Assembly (NCBI GenBank): GCA_040437565.1 | Contig: JBDOQK010000029.1 | Coordinates: 186,001-250,000, forward strand | Direction of reading: 5' to 3' | Source of the DNA: Albugo candida | Taxonomy: Eukaryota | DNA length: 64,000 nucleotides | Part shown: positions 35,756 to 47,681 of the stretch, in pieces | Numbering within the stretch: the first letter of the stretch is position 1 | Layout of the letters: each line of letters starts with the position of its first letter | The notes under the pieces: generated by a model | What the model was told of the DNA's origin: nothing | The model's database searches: none | The model's input: the letters and a program-made list of their open reading frames with translations, nothing else | Program-made: the position numbers and the translations under genes

Positions 35756-38700
35756 ATGAAAGTTTATCACCTACAATTTCAAGAAAAACGTACTCTCAAA
35801 GGTCGCTTATAATTTGAAGTAGTGACAATCCGTTCGATTGATATCAACATATTGAAGCTGCCGGCAATAAAGCTGATGTGAATGCAGGATACCTAACCGT
35901 TATGTTTGAAAAGGATTCGTAAACTTCGATTGATTGGCTAAATTATATGGTGTTGTACTTGACGTTGAAGTTCGATCAGATCAGAAAGGAGATGCAAGAA
36001 TCCATCGCGGCAGCATCTCTCCATTGTTTCTGTAGGGAGATATATCCTGAATTGATAGTTATTACTCAAAGAAATCAAGACGATTCCTTTGATGATTTTG
36101 CTGCCTTACAGGTGATACTGTCAAATAACACTGTTTTCTCCTATCTTTACTTTTTCTATGGCAGGCGACCATCATTCACGAGTTGCATGAAAGTAGCTAT
36201 ACAAAGATACTAGAAAACATGATTGCACTTGAAAATCAATTTGAATGTGTACAAGACCAGAAATTGCATTGGCTTGACAACAAGACTGAATACAGTAAAG
36301 TCGCGGTAGCATGGATAGTATTTCTACTTATGGTGTCAAGAGCGATAAGCCTGAATGATTGTTCAGCTGAAGATACAGATTATATGACTATAATGCGAAA
36401 AGCATGTCGAAGGCTCGCCTCAATGCCGTCATTGACTCTCCCTCAGGAGTGCAACGATACACTTGAAATCAAACGAGCGATGAGAATTTTGTTGTTCCAC
36501 CTAATTAAAACCGAAGCCATTCCACTGGATAAATTGATAGTGACGAGGCTCAATTGTATCACTGCACTATCCTCTTTGGAGCTATGGAATGGTATCAATT
36601 TTCAATGGGATTCCAAAAAAAGAGAAAGGAGCTATCCTATCAGACTTGTTTTGTTATGGAATCAATGCGTGCCATTGCAAGAGAACATTATGATGCAAAC
36701 AGCGATCTTGAATGAAAGCATTGGCAGACAAAATTACACTTTTTCTCTCGTACTGATTCAAGATAGTCCGCAAGTTGCGATTTTGTTATTGGCTCCGATC
36801 ATCAAATTGGCGGATCAGGCTTCAATGAAGCAGGCAATCAGTCGAAGATTTGTTCTAGAGTATTTAGAAATTTTCTTTCAGCATTCTTCAATGGTAACAA
36901 GCGACATTGCCGAGCGTGTATTGATGATGGGATTAAATGACAGAGACAGCAATCTACGCTGCATGGCTTTCAAAATATTGGCAAAGTTTTCAAGCAAACT
37001 TGATAAAGATTCAAGGAGTAGAGCTATCACACTGGCCATTTCAAACATTACTTTGAATGATGGATCAAAAAATGTTTTTCTGTCGGGTTTACGCTTTGTG
37101 AATATGGCTCTCATTCAAAACGCCCAGGACGGTATTGATACAGGATTTGATATAAAGCAGTATGAACGCATAAAAGACGTTCCACTTATTTGCACTGAAC
37201 CAAAACGTTGCTGTTTTAGGAGTCTGGAGATGTTGATCATTACGGCTATCACAAGATCAGATGGACATATGCCCGTGCAATGGAGGCAAGCAATTTACCC
37301 AGTTATTCGTCTTAGCATTGAGATACTGGATATTCTATTCTTCGTAAGAGCCTACCACAACAGCAGCCAAGCCATGTCCAACCTTTTCATTGATGCATAC
37401 GGGGAATTCTTGTCAGCTAAAAGCGATGCCCAACGTCATCAGATATTACTAGATCTTGCCTGTCTTGCTGCATGCAACGGAGGAACTGATGAGGGGCTGT
37501 TACATCTTTTTACCAAAAATCTGGCTGTGAGAGCTTCGTCGACTCTATCTGCGATGCTTGTGGAGATCATTCAGTCAACGCTCCGCCTTATTCATGAAGC
37601 CGCTTGCGCCGAGAAGCTCAAGGATCCAAATCAACTCGATAGTTCAATCTTCCTTTGCACATTACTCATCGACTGCAACCGCTTTGATAGCACAAGAAAT
37701 ATGTTCAAGGATTTACCAGCAATCATATTGAAGGTTGTGATTCTATTTATCATTTACTCTCTCATCGTGTACCTCGCCGTGAAGATCGTTACAAAAGTAT
37801 TCACGAAAGCGTTTGCCGCCGAACTTCCATTTCGAATTATACGACACAGCTTGCACTTCCTTCGACTGCACATCGAAAGTCGAAGATATTGTGACGAATC
37901 TTCATTTAACATAATTGAAAAAAAGCTCGCACCATTAGCAGAAACTCTCTTTCTCAATGTGGATTGTCAGCGGTAAGATCAGTAAAAATCGACGGCAACC
38001 AGCTTGAATGAAGGACTGTAGCGAGTTTGTGAAACTTTGTTATTGTACGCACAAGAAACCACAGGAAGAAATCTATTATGGATTGGCATATGTTCAGGTC
38101 AGTGCTAGCAGCAATCACCGTCTTTGTCAGACAGTGGTCTTATCGACTGCACGATAGGAGGCCGCTGAAAAGAGCATTTCCACTTTCATTGGATTCCTCA
38201 ATCTGCTGGGTATCGTCGCGCATGAGAATTCTCGCTTTATTGCCAAGAAAGTGAGCAATGAACGAGCAAATCTGCGCAAAAATGAAGAAATCGGTGATTA
38301 TATGCTGGATCATAAAAGTCAAACTTGGCGAAAGCGACAAATTCGAAGCGTAAGAAGTTTACTGTCCAACGTTTGCATGTTAACGTTCGTTTATCAGGAG
38401 CATGAAGAATCGGTCAATGAGGGACTTCTATCAGCATACCTGCCTTTGTTGTCTCACGTACTGACCGCAGGTTAGTGGTGGTAAGTCAAGGCGTTTCTCG
38501 CGCTCATCACCATGAAAAATACTAGAAGACAATCTCCGACTGAGTCATTCACAAACTATAAAAATGCAATGTTCAGCGGTGCGAACACTCGGAGAATTCA
38601 TGAGTATGAGTACATTGTCGCATTTGATGTGCTCAAATTTGAAGTTTTCTTCGACAAAGAAATTTCTAACTCTGTAGTGAACGGCAAGTCGCTTCTCCTA

Positions 38701-39860
38701 TCTAAGCTCGGGCATGTTTCGACATGTGTGTGGTAGCTAGTTTGGGCCTGCTGATGGATCTGATTCGAAATGAAGCGAATGACGAAATTCTGCGCAAAAC
38801 TGCTATCGATGTATGGGCCTCTCTACAATCGCACATCAAGCCATCACCAAAGAAAGAGAACGCCCTGGATGATTTGTACGCAATGTTCATCAAGTTTGAT
38901 AAGTCTGAAGGTCAAGACTCGGTTATTCAAACACATCTACTCACAAGATTACTTGCACTTATATGTTGTGGACAATTACGTATGCATTGCTCACCAATTC
39001 CAACTTCCGATTGAATTATGTGCACTATGTGCACTTAAATAGGTGATGACAGGCTACATTGCTTCATTTCACCATTGGTATCCGATAATACGACCTGTTC
39101 TTCGATGTTGGCCAGCTTCTTTCGACAATACTTTCGCAAGAATAGCTCTGCTCAAGTTGTTCATGTGTTATTCGGTACCCGCTCGTTTTTCGGGTACTCT
39201 TCAACAGCTAAATGCTCTGAGCTAGACCTGTATTTTTCGTCTGAAAGCTCAAAACATGATGAGATCAAGCATTTTGAAGCAACAAGAAGGCTTATTCGAA
39301 TTGCGAAAGAGTCAAATGTCAACGTACGTCGTTAGAACGCTATAAATGGCTCATCACGCGAACTAGAGTATCGTTTATGGTTAGCTGAATGCACTCGAGC
39401 TTGGTCTTATCAGCGAGTGCGAATGTGAATCTAGACAAGAGCAAGCCCTTAAGTTGTTGGTTCACTTATCTCCTTTGGCGGTCCGCAAAATTTTACAGCA
39501 AAAGTACCATTACAAGTGATAACTCAAGTCTTTGGCTATAGCCTAGCGCATTACGAAGTCTCTTGCAAGCGAAACATATGTGAGTATTATAGGAAGCGTC
39601 CATGATCAGAATCATATCGTTATTACAAGGATGGACGGAGAATTAAACGAGCTACTGCGACGCATACTGACAACGTCACTTTCAAAATGCAAAGGTTAGT
39701 CGCCAGACGAGTGCACGCTAAATTCATAAAACTCTGTGAGCAGAGAGCGAATTGCGAAGCGATGTCACGCAATTTTTGAACTCTAAAAAGCAAGTTCGAT
39801 AATGTCAATGTCAGAACGGGCTGTTGCTGAAGGGCAATAGCTCCGCAGAGGACGCGTGAG
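35756..39860 (+). CDS. Large multi-exon hypothetical alpha-helical (HEAT/ARM-like) protein; ends approximate
   Basis: 597-aa Leu-rich ORF 36183-37976 with HEAT-like GLNDRDSNLRCMAFKIL, followed by short + strand exon-like ORFs bounded by GT/AG sites up to about 39.86 kb. Confidence 0.55.
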
Positions 39861-39981
39861 CAAAGAACGTGGACACGTGATTATCTTTCAATAATATTTT
39901 CAACATTACCAAATAGATCTGCTTTCCTCAGCACGACGTATGATATCGCAGTTCAACTATATCGCGCTCGAGACGAACAAT

Positions 39982-40557
39982 TTACTGCGTCGCATCCTCC
40001 ACAATCTTTCCAGCAGCTTTGGTGATATCTCTACCAAAGTCTCCCACGGTTCCCTTGACGTCTGAAATGAGCGCTCCACCACCGCTTATGGCATCTTTGA
40101 CTGTTCGTTCGATCTTGGAATCTTTGCATGCCAACAATGGAGATAGAAAGTGATTGTACAGGAACGATGCGCCTTGGGTCGACGGCATGAACAGCCACAG
40201 CAAGAATCCAAGCTTAAAGGCATAGTAAAACGGAATCCAAATTAGTAAAAATTCTCCAAAAACTTCCAAAACTGCGAAGCATGCGTAGATGACCCAATAC
40301 GTCAACCACTGAACATCATCTCCTTTTGAAGGGCTTTCAACCGCTCGAAATGAGCAGTACGTGGGGTACACGAATCCGATCAAATTACAGATGAAACCTG
40401 CCCCAAATCCAATCAGCAAGAAAAGAGCGGCTATTGCGGACGAACCGCCCACCAGGTACATTTTGTCAACTCCTGTTGCATGTTGTGCTGCTTGCAAGGC
40501 TTTGATCTTGTCAAGATCCTTTGACCATTTGTCGAGGTACACATGCACTTTGTCCAT
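39982..40557 (-). CDS. YOP1: TB2/DP1/HVA22 (REEP5/Yop1) ER-shaping protein
   Basis: CNLIGFVYPTYCSFRAVES, DDVQWLTYWVIY, WIPFYYAFKLGFLLWL, GASFLY. Confidence 0.93.
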   Translation of the reverse strand: MDKVHVYLDKWSKDLDKIKALQAAQHATGVDKMYLVGGSSAIAALFLLIGFGAGFICNLIGFVYPTYCSFRAVESPSKGDDVQWLTYWVIYACFAVLEVFGEFLLIWIPFYYAFKLGFLLWLFMPSTQGASFLYNHFLSPLLACKDSKIERTVKDAISGGGALISDVKGTVGDFGRDITKAAGKIVEDATQ

Positions 40558-41879
40558 ATGGAATCTGACAATGAGAGCTACGAAGGATGTCTCGACCTAC
40601 CGTTGGTGTACTCGTGACGTCAATACACAATTTATGCTGCGACATTGAAATGTGTATGCTTTTATCTGCGTTGGACCTCCATGGTAATAAATCAAGAGGG
40701 ACATTTAGCAGATAACTTATCTTTGGAGATAGCAGGAATCAGGGGGTACTGACAATGAAAAGCAACGGATTGAACGGCGCGATCTGTTACCGATACAGCA
40801 CAGATATTCCGAAGAATTCATCGAAGGAAGTGCATGGCTTTCTTCGATTACTTCAACTGCGATATATGTAGTCAACGACGTATATTGTTCGGTTGATTTG
40901 TACGGCCATCATATATCTTCTGGATCCGTAACCAGTAGACGGAATGATTGCGTTATTAAGCATTGGAATCTATGTCTTGCGCCTTGTAGAGCAAGATGCG
41001 ATAGCTTGGTACGATCAATGAATAGAAATCGAGTACAACACACATCAGCTCACAACCATTCTTTTTCAATATCCNNNNNNNNNNNNNNNNNNNNNNNNNN
41101 NNNNNNNNNNNNNNNNNNNNNNNNNNNNNNNNNNNNNNNNNNNNNNNNNNNNNNNNNNNNNNNNNNNNNNNNNNACTTCAACTGCGATATATGTAGTCAA
41201 CGACGTATATTGTTCGGTTGATTTGTACGGCCATCATATATCTTCTGGATCCGTAACCAGTAGACGGAATGATTGCGTTATTAAGCATTGGAATCTATGT
41301 CTTGCGCCTTGTAGAGCAAGATGCGATAGCTTGGTACGATCAATGAATAGAAATCGAGTACAACACACATCAGCTCACAACCATTCTTTTTCAATATCCT
41401 TTCTTTTGGAAAAGGTATTGCGTGTGCAAACTGTATTAGTGGAATCGATGCAATGTGTTAACGGCATGGACTTTCGATATCACATCACCTAGAGAACTTC
41501 TTTATTTATTGCAGAGATGCAGAGAAAGAAGATGCTGCAACGACTGAGATAGCTGGAGCACATGCCGATAAATGGACACGAATACGTGTGTCCGGCGGAA
41601 GGATATATATTAATCTGATTACATGATATGACGTCATCAAGTCCCCTGTACGTGCAATTATTTGAAAGGATAAGATGTGACCACTCAGAAAGATGAAATT
41701 CGCGTGCGCCCTTCTTCAGTCAACATGGCTCTACGTATGAATACACATTATGATGGCGTGCATGCTACTCACGGCTATTACATACAGCTGCATCACTCCC
41801 CTCAAACCAATCAATTTCAAAAATATAAATCCGCGGTCACAAATTTCTTCGGTTACAATCTGTTTTAGGAACAAAGCTG

Positions 41880-42929
41880 ATGATGCGAAAAGAGTTTTCG
41901 TCGCCTTCGCTTGCGTTGCTGCCTGTGAGAGATTACGAAATCAAAAAAGAGATTGTGCCGAATGCGAAAGAGAAAAGAAAACAGCGTAAACTCAAATTCA
42001 TACAAACTGATGAAGTTGAAGCTCACATGAGAGCTCGAAAACTGGGTGAGCGATTTTTGCAAGTAATGAGCAATTTCACAAGCATTCTGCATATTCGCTT
42101 GGATGCGGATTTTGGAAGTCCTGAATTGCGTGGATTGAAAATTGCACCTCAAGTGAAAAAAAGACCCAAGACTTCCAAAATGATTGCTATGCGCATTCCT
42201 CACCCACTTGCATTACCAGACAGATTTGACATCACAATGCTCTTGCCTGCCCCAAAGCTTCCTGGCGCTTCACAAAATCAAAGTGTATCTATCTACAGAA
42301 AAAGAAGGAAGCGAAAACTACCCGCAAAAGCTGTTCCAAAGGCGAGCCAGATAACATGGGCGCCTCATACAGCAGCAGCGTACGTTGGAGACAAAATCGA
42401 GTCAACACAGGAAAGCGGTCATCGGAATGGCTCTCCTGCTTCTCGAGTTCCATCTGTACAACGGTTGAAGAGATACAGCATTCAGACCAAAGCGAGCTCT
42501 GAAGAAAACAAGCGACATATTTCTGAAGACGTAGGAGCAACATTGGCTTCTTCCAATCAGAGTATCGACTCGGGGACTTGGATGAAGGAAAACGAAGTCA
42601 AAGATTCGTACGAGCACAACGAGCTGATACCGTTGAAAGAAGAGAAGAAAACCTCAGACCAAAGCGATATCGATTTGGAAGGTAGAGAAACTTGGCAATG
42701 CGGTGCACCATGGAATGGAGAATCATCATCAGGATCATCAGCCGACGAAGAGCATGTTTCGGAGCTCGTACTCGATCAGAAGCGACAAAAGCATACACCA
42801 GCATGGATATCACCCGATCTTGGCGCATGGCTTATCAATTCTGGTATATATCCCACCAAGATGCGATCCGAATTGGTCCGAAATGATCCTTCGTCGGCCT
42901 TAAAGTTTGCTCCATATTGCAGGAAATAG
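41880..42929 (+). CDS. Hypothetical basic, low-complexity protein (possible extra 5' exon near 41725)
   Basis: 349-aa ORF with NLS-like RKRRKRK and a conserved-looking C-terminal WISPDLGAWL...P...LKFAPY. Confidence 0.6.
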   Translation: MMRKEFSSPSLALLPVRDYEIKKEIVPNAKEKRKQRKLKFIQTDEVEAHMRARKLGERFLQVMSNFTSILHIRLDADFGSPELRGLKIAPQVKKRPKTSKMIAMRIPHPLALPDRFDITMLLPAPKLPGASQNQSVSIYRKRRKRKLPAKAVPKASQITWAPHTAAAYVGDKIESTQESGHRNGSPASRVPSVQRLKRYSIQTKASSEENKRHISEDVGATLASSNQSIDSGTWMKENEVKDSYEHNELIPLKEEKKTSDQSDIDLEGRETWQCGAPWNGESSSGSSADEEHVSELVLDQKRQKHTPAWISPDLGAWLINSGIYPTKMRSELVRNDPSSALKFAPYCRK

Positions 42930-43111
42930 AGCATACAAATAAATGNNNNNNNNNNNNNNNNNNNNNNNNNNNNNNNNNNNNNNNNNNNNNNNNNNNNNNN
43001 NNNNNNNNNNNNNNNNNNNNNNNNNNNNNNNNNNNNNNNNNNNNNAGGAAATAGAGCATACAAATAAATGACCTCTAAAATTAAATGCGTATTAATCATT
43101 CAAGTAAAAAT

Positions 43112-44293
43112 ATGGCGAGCCATCAACGCCCAACTGCACCGCCAATTCCGCCAGTTCCTCCAATCCCTCCGATGCCTCCTGCTGCTCCAGCATCCTCTGG
43201 TGAAGCCAATAGTAGAGCGCAGAGTAAAATCCCTTATATCGGCTCCCGAATCAGTTTAATCACCAAAACAGACATTCGCTATGAGAGCTATTTGTTCAAT
43301 ATCGACACCACACAAAATATGATAGTATTCCAAAATGTACGATCATTCGGAACAGAAGGAAGACGTGCCGATCACATTCCTCCGTCAGACACAATCCTAC
43401 CATTTGCAACGTTCAAAGCATCGGAAATAAAAGATTTGCATGTTTGTGAGGCGGCTCCAACTCTGCCACCAGTACAGACTCGATCGCCTATACGGTCAGA
43501 CACTCTTCCAGCAATGGAAAACGTCAAAAGTAGCACGGAAGTATCGTACACGTCTCATAGCAGCGCAAAGACGTCCACGCCGATAAAAAAGCCTGAATTG
43601 ACTCCTTTTAAGGTGATTTAACACAGAAGCGAAATCCTCATCTCTCAACATTTTGTACGATAGAATCCATCCTTACTGCTGACACCAGGAGCAGCAGCAG
43701 CAGCTTCTAGAAACCATCAGGATACCCAGCATGTGCATTCAACACATTCAGAATCAAGCGCAAGCGTGAAAAGTGCAAGGACAATACCCGGAATGGGTGG
43801 ACATCTGCTAAAACGCAAAGAGCGACGTGTCCCTGGAGACGATAATAGCAATTCGATACCAACAGTTGGCGATTTTAATATTGAGCAAGCACTAACAGGA
43901 TTCGACAAGGAAAAAGAGTTTGAAAAGCTCATTGTGGACGAAGCACAAGTAAGCAAATTGTACATTTGAAAGCCGATTGAGTATGTTTCGACAGTGTACT
44001 TCTACGTGTAGGGATCGTATCAGAAGTCGTCATTCTTTGACACCATTTCGTGTGACGCATTGGACCGACTGGAAGGGAACAGAGGACGTGTTTCTGCAAG
44101 CGACGAACGGAGATTGAATACTGAGACGTTTGGTGCGGTGGGACTTAATAATGGACGAAGAAATTATCGACGTGGTGGTCGTGGCGGTCGAGGAGGACGT
44201 AGTGGACGTGGCCGAGGGTATGGTCGCGGTCGAGGCGCAAATAGAAACCAACGTACCGAGCACCGTCGAAATTACAATGCTTCACAAGATTAG
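43112..44293 (+). CDS. LSM14: LSM14 / Scd6 / RAP55 P-body mRNP protein, 3 exons
   Basis: Lsm domain PYIGSRISLITKTDIRYE...NVRSFGTEGR, DFDF-like DFNIEQALTGFDKE, FFD box YQKSSFFDTISCD, TFG box ERRLNTETFG and an RGG tail. Confidence 0.93.
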
Positions 44294-44388
44294 TCCTTAA
44301 AGAAAGAGCTCGGCGCATATCGTCCTGAATAACTAAGACACAATACAAGAATCCCGTCTAATTCGCCCGTTACCACTTTTTCATACAA

Positions 44389-45219
44389 CTACTGGACCGT
44401 CAAATCATCATTGAAATAGACAAGTAAGACCGGTTTGTACGCTCTTTCATCCAGACCAAGTCGCTCGAGCAATGGGGTCTCATCAACAACTCCGTTTTGC
44501 TCGAGCGTTTCTGACATTTTCAGAGGCACAAACACGTCGTCCAATAGATGCTTCCATGTGTAGCTTTTTGCATGAGCGTTGTATTCAAGGTAACGATCCT
44601 GAATTTCCTCGATACTCTCTTCCCAGCAAACCTCAAGCTCGTGCTGTTGCTGAGTCAGCACGTTGACGATTTCAATTGAACAAGGCTTCTTTGTCAGACT
44701 TCCGATCACGTACTCTCTACTCTTAAGTCCAGCAATTAAATCTGCCTGTTTTGATCTAGAGGCGCATACCTTCCACCACGGTATCGAATCGCTCGGCAAG
44801 TCCACGTCAAGAAAGCGTCCATTAGGATAAAATGGAGCCTTTGCGTTGGTAAAAGGATCAATGCGAGTGTGAATCTGCACAAAGTGTTAGATGCGAGGCC
44901 ATCTAAAAATCAGACAGAAAGAGCAACATCTCGCGTCTTGGGGTCGAACCAATGCGATATATCTTTTCCCGCGTGGAGGACGAGCGGCAGTGTCAATTCG
45001 CCTGCACAAAGTTTTCTTAATGTGTTGTGCTTTGTTATCAGATTGTACCTGAGTTTGCTTGAATCAGTCCCGAGATGTCATAGACTTGATGGAATATTGT
45101 GATCCAGCAATCCTAGAATCAGAAGCGTGTGAGAAGCGTTTATCGCGTTTGTGGGAAAGAAATAAGCGCACCTCAGCTGTGTTGTGGTCAGATACTTGAT
45201 GAGGAGTGAAATATCGCAT
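44389..45219 (-). CDS. CYB5D1: Cytochrome b5 domain-containing protein 1 (flagellar radial-spoke associated), 4 exons
   Basis: Spliced MRYFTPHQVSDHNTAE/DCWITIFHQVYDIS...AGKDISHWFDPKT/...PWWK...IGSLTKK...IVNVLT...LEVCWEE...RYLEYNAHAKSYTWK...LLVYFNDDLT. Confidence 0.88.
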
Positions 45220-45293
45220 GCGAAAGCTCTAGTTCCACTGGAAGTGCATAAAGACAAGCGCAGAAACGATATAAATAAAGCTGCTAAATCGAG

Positions 45294-47508
45294 ATGCAAA
45301 ACTCAGATCTGATCGTATCAGATACAGAATACTGTCCTGTAATTGTGTTTCGAATACCTGAAATAATTCAAAAGTTTCAATTTAATTTCAAGATGCAAAC
45401 AACATGCGCACCGATTTTCGACGAAAAAAATAATGATACAGTGTCCGAAGCGGGCTCAATCGCACATAGAAGCATGCACTATGAGCTTGATGCGCATAAT
45501 AATCGAGAAACGGCTTTCAAAGATCGAAAAATGGCCGAATATGACGCAAATGGTCATCGCATTCATGCTCCCAGGACAGAGGCGAGCGAAAAATCAACGA
45601 TCAAGTCGCGAAAAAAGAGGAAAAGGAAAGATAGAGAAAAATCAGAAAGGAATGGATATTTGAAGGAGGACAAGAAACCCAATGGCAATCCTAAAAAGCC
45701 GAAAAAAAATAATAAAGGTGATGCACAATCGGACAGTAAATATACGGTGGAGAAAAGCCTCAGCGCTATCAAAAATAAACGCTATGAACACGTATCCCCA
45801 CGGTATCTTTCTCATTTAGAACCGAAAATTGAGACAGCTGTGGAGCGATCCGAAAGAGAATCGCAAGGCCCAAATACACGCTCGCGTGTTTGTGAGAATG
45901 TGACCAAAGCACCGAGACTTTCCACGACACCTTCTAGTTACCGTCTACAATCGTCTCCTCCCCCAATTCCACCCCCAATTTCACCAAAGATAACCAGAAG
46001 TACGACACCAGAATCAGAGACTGATATTATCGACCTGGAAGGCGTGAGCGATACAAGAAGATTGGAGACTGTCGAAGGACGACAGATTCTCAAGACATTT
46101 CTTGCAACAAGTACACCACGTTTCGGAAGGATGCTTAAATCGGAACGAAAAAGGCCAAAATATGATTCCGAAGCTCGTACATTGACTTATCCGTCATCAA
46201 CATCGAGTGAAGACTCAGGATCCGAATTCGCATGGGAACGAAGAAAGAGACGGCAACGGATGGATAGAATGGTGTTACATCGTGCTGAGTTTCTTGTGAG
46301 CGAGCTTGATCGACCTGGCACTGCTGAATTGGCTTCAGGGAAGCATAGAACGATACCCAACGCATGCGCTCCGGCCGAAGACAACACACTTAGTGCCGCG
46401 ATAGTACGATGGCACCAGCTTGAACAAAGTCGGGGAAAGCGCTCTGGATTGCTGGGGTTATTGGTATTGTATGTTGCTTTTTTATACAGAGCTCAGTGCT
46501 TTACAGCGATCTCTCGGTTCTGGCTCAGCTCACTTCCGTACTGCAGTAGTGAGGTCAATCTTCAAATGCTCCCGCAGCCAACATCAGATACCTCTCAACA
46601 TAGAAGCTTTTGGACTTGCCGTAAATGCGTGCTGCATGGAGTGTGTCGAAACGGAGTAGTGGAAGACTGCGTCTCATCGTACACTCTGCAATACGGCATT
46701 TGCGTGAGAAGCAAGAGTGATCTCGATAACATTACTGTGGTGGCAAATAAAATAGAGAATGCGTTCTCAGACAACCAAATAGCGACTACGATCTGTGCAG
46801 CTCAATTTATCCGACCCCGGCAGATTTCGAGCTTTTTATATTCCGTGATCGATAACAGCAGCGTGTCTATCAATGACATTAAGAACCAAGCAGACTCGCT
46901 CGGGGATCGATTGGGCACATTCGAGCATTCAAGTGGCAGTCTATCTCATTCGCACGTGATTTCGGCATTGGACTTGATCGCTGTCAGGACTCCAGGACTA
47001 CTTATACAAACCAATGAGAGCGTTATCGTCATTCCACGTTTCGTGTCAACACTTTCATGCGCTACAAAAGCGGTTTTTATCAGCTACTTGTTCCCAATTG
47101 GAGGTGCTATCGGGTTCTTTTTCCTGGTCGCTACTCTGTGGAAACATTGGCTTCTCAAAAAAACCGAACAGAGTCTTACTCAGCATTTCTGTAATCAAAT
47201 ACGACATACGCTCAAGATGCGAATTGAAACTCAGAAGAGCAAGACAGTGAGTGCTCACGCATATGTTTTGGAAGACGAAATGCGAGCCAATTTGCTCGGT
47301 CGTATCAATATACCACGAGCAAGCAAAGACCATCCGCTTGACGCATTATGGAGAAAAATCGTTAAACTCGTCGACAAGGATGCACAAATTCTGAGCAGAA
47401 ACATCGAGTAAGTTTATAGTTTCTTTGGCATTGGCGGTGTATTCGTAAGAACGTTCTCAATGTAGAATTAAAGGAAAGGTCTCACGGGCTTGGAAATGGA
47501 ACAGATAG
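45294..47508 (+). CDS. MAN1/Src1(Heh1)-like inner nuclear membrane protein (Man1-Src1p C-terminal domain); start at 45294 or 45393
   Basis: Basic disordered N-terminus with NLS-like KSRKKRKRK, a TM helix, a luminal Cys region (LPYC...CRKC..HGVC...C...C), a second TM and a winged-helix-like end LWRKIVKLVDKD.QI / ..WKW* after an intron near 47408-47465. Confidence 0.7.
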
Positions 47509-47681
47509 CACAGTATGCGATGTATTTACTTTATAATAGTCTGATCTATCTCAATCTACCAGACCAAACGATACGAATGCGCGCCTCTAGTTGGGAAATC
47601 GGAGCATTTCAATGTCTTCCTGAGTGTATAGAAGAGCATTTCTACTGATCCGATACGTAGAAAGAGGCGTTTCTAACGAAA

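Noticed and set aside
32892-36161. 1.6-kb tandem duplication containing two EFCAB10-like genes
   Set aside because: The copies look identical and abut gap 34477-34576, so this is an assembly artefact rather than a gene duplication.
40660-41570. Possible small multi-exon minus-strand gene
   Set aside because: Some GT/AG-bounded segments exist, but I could not assemble a convincing frame or recognise a family.
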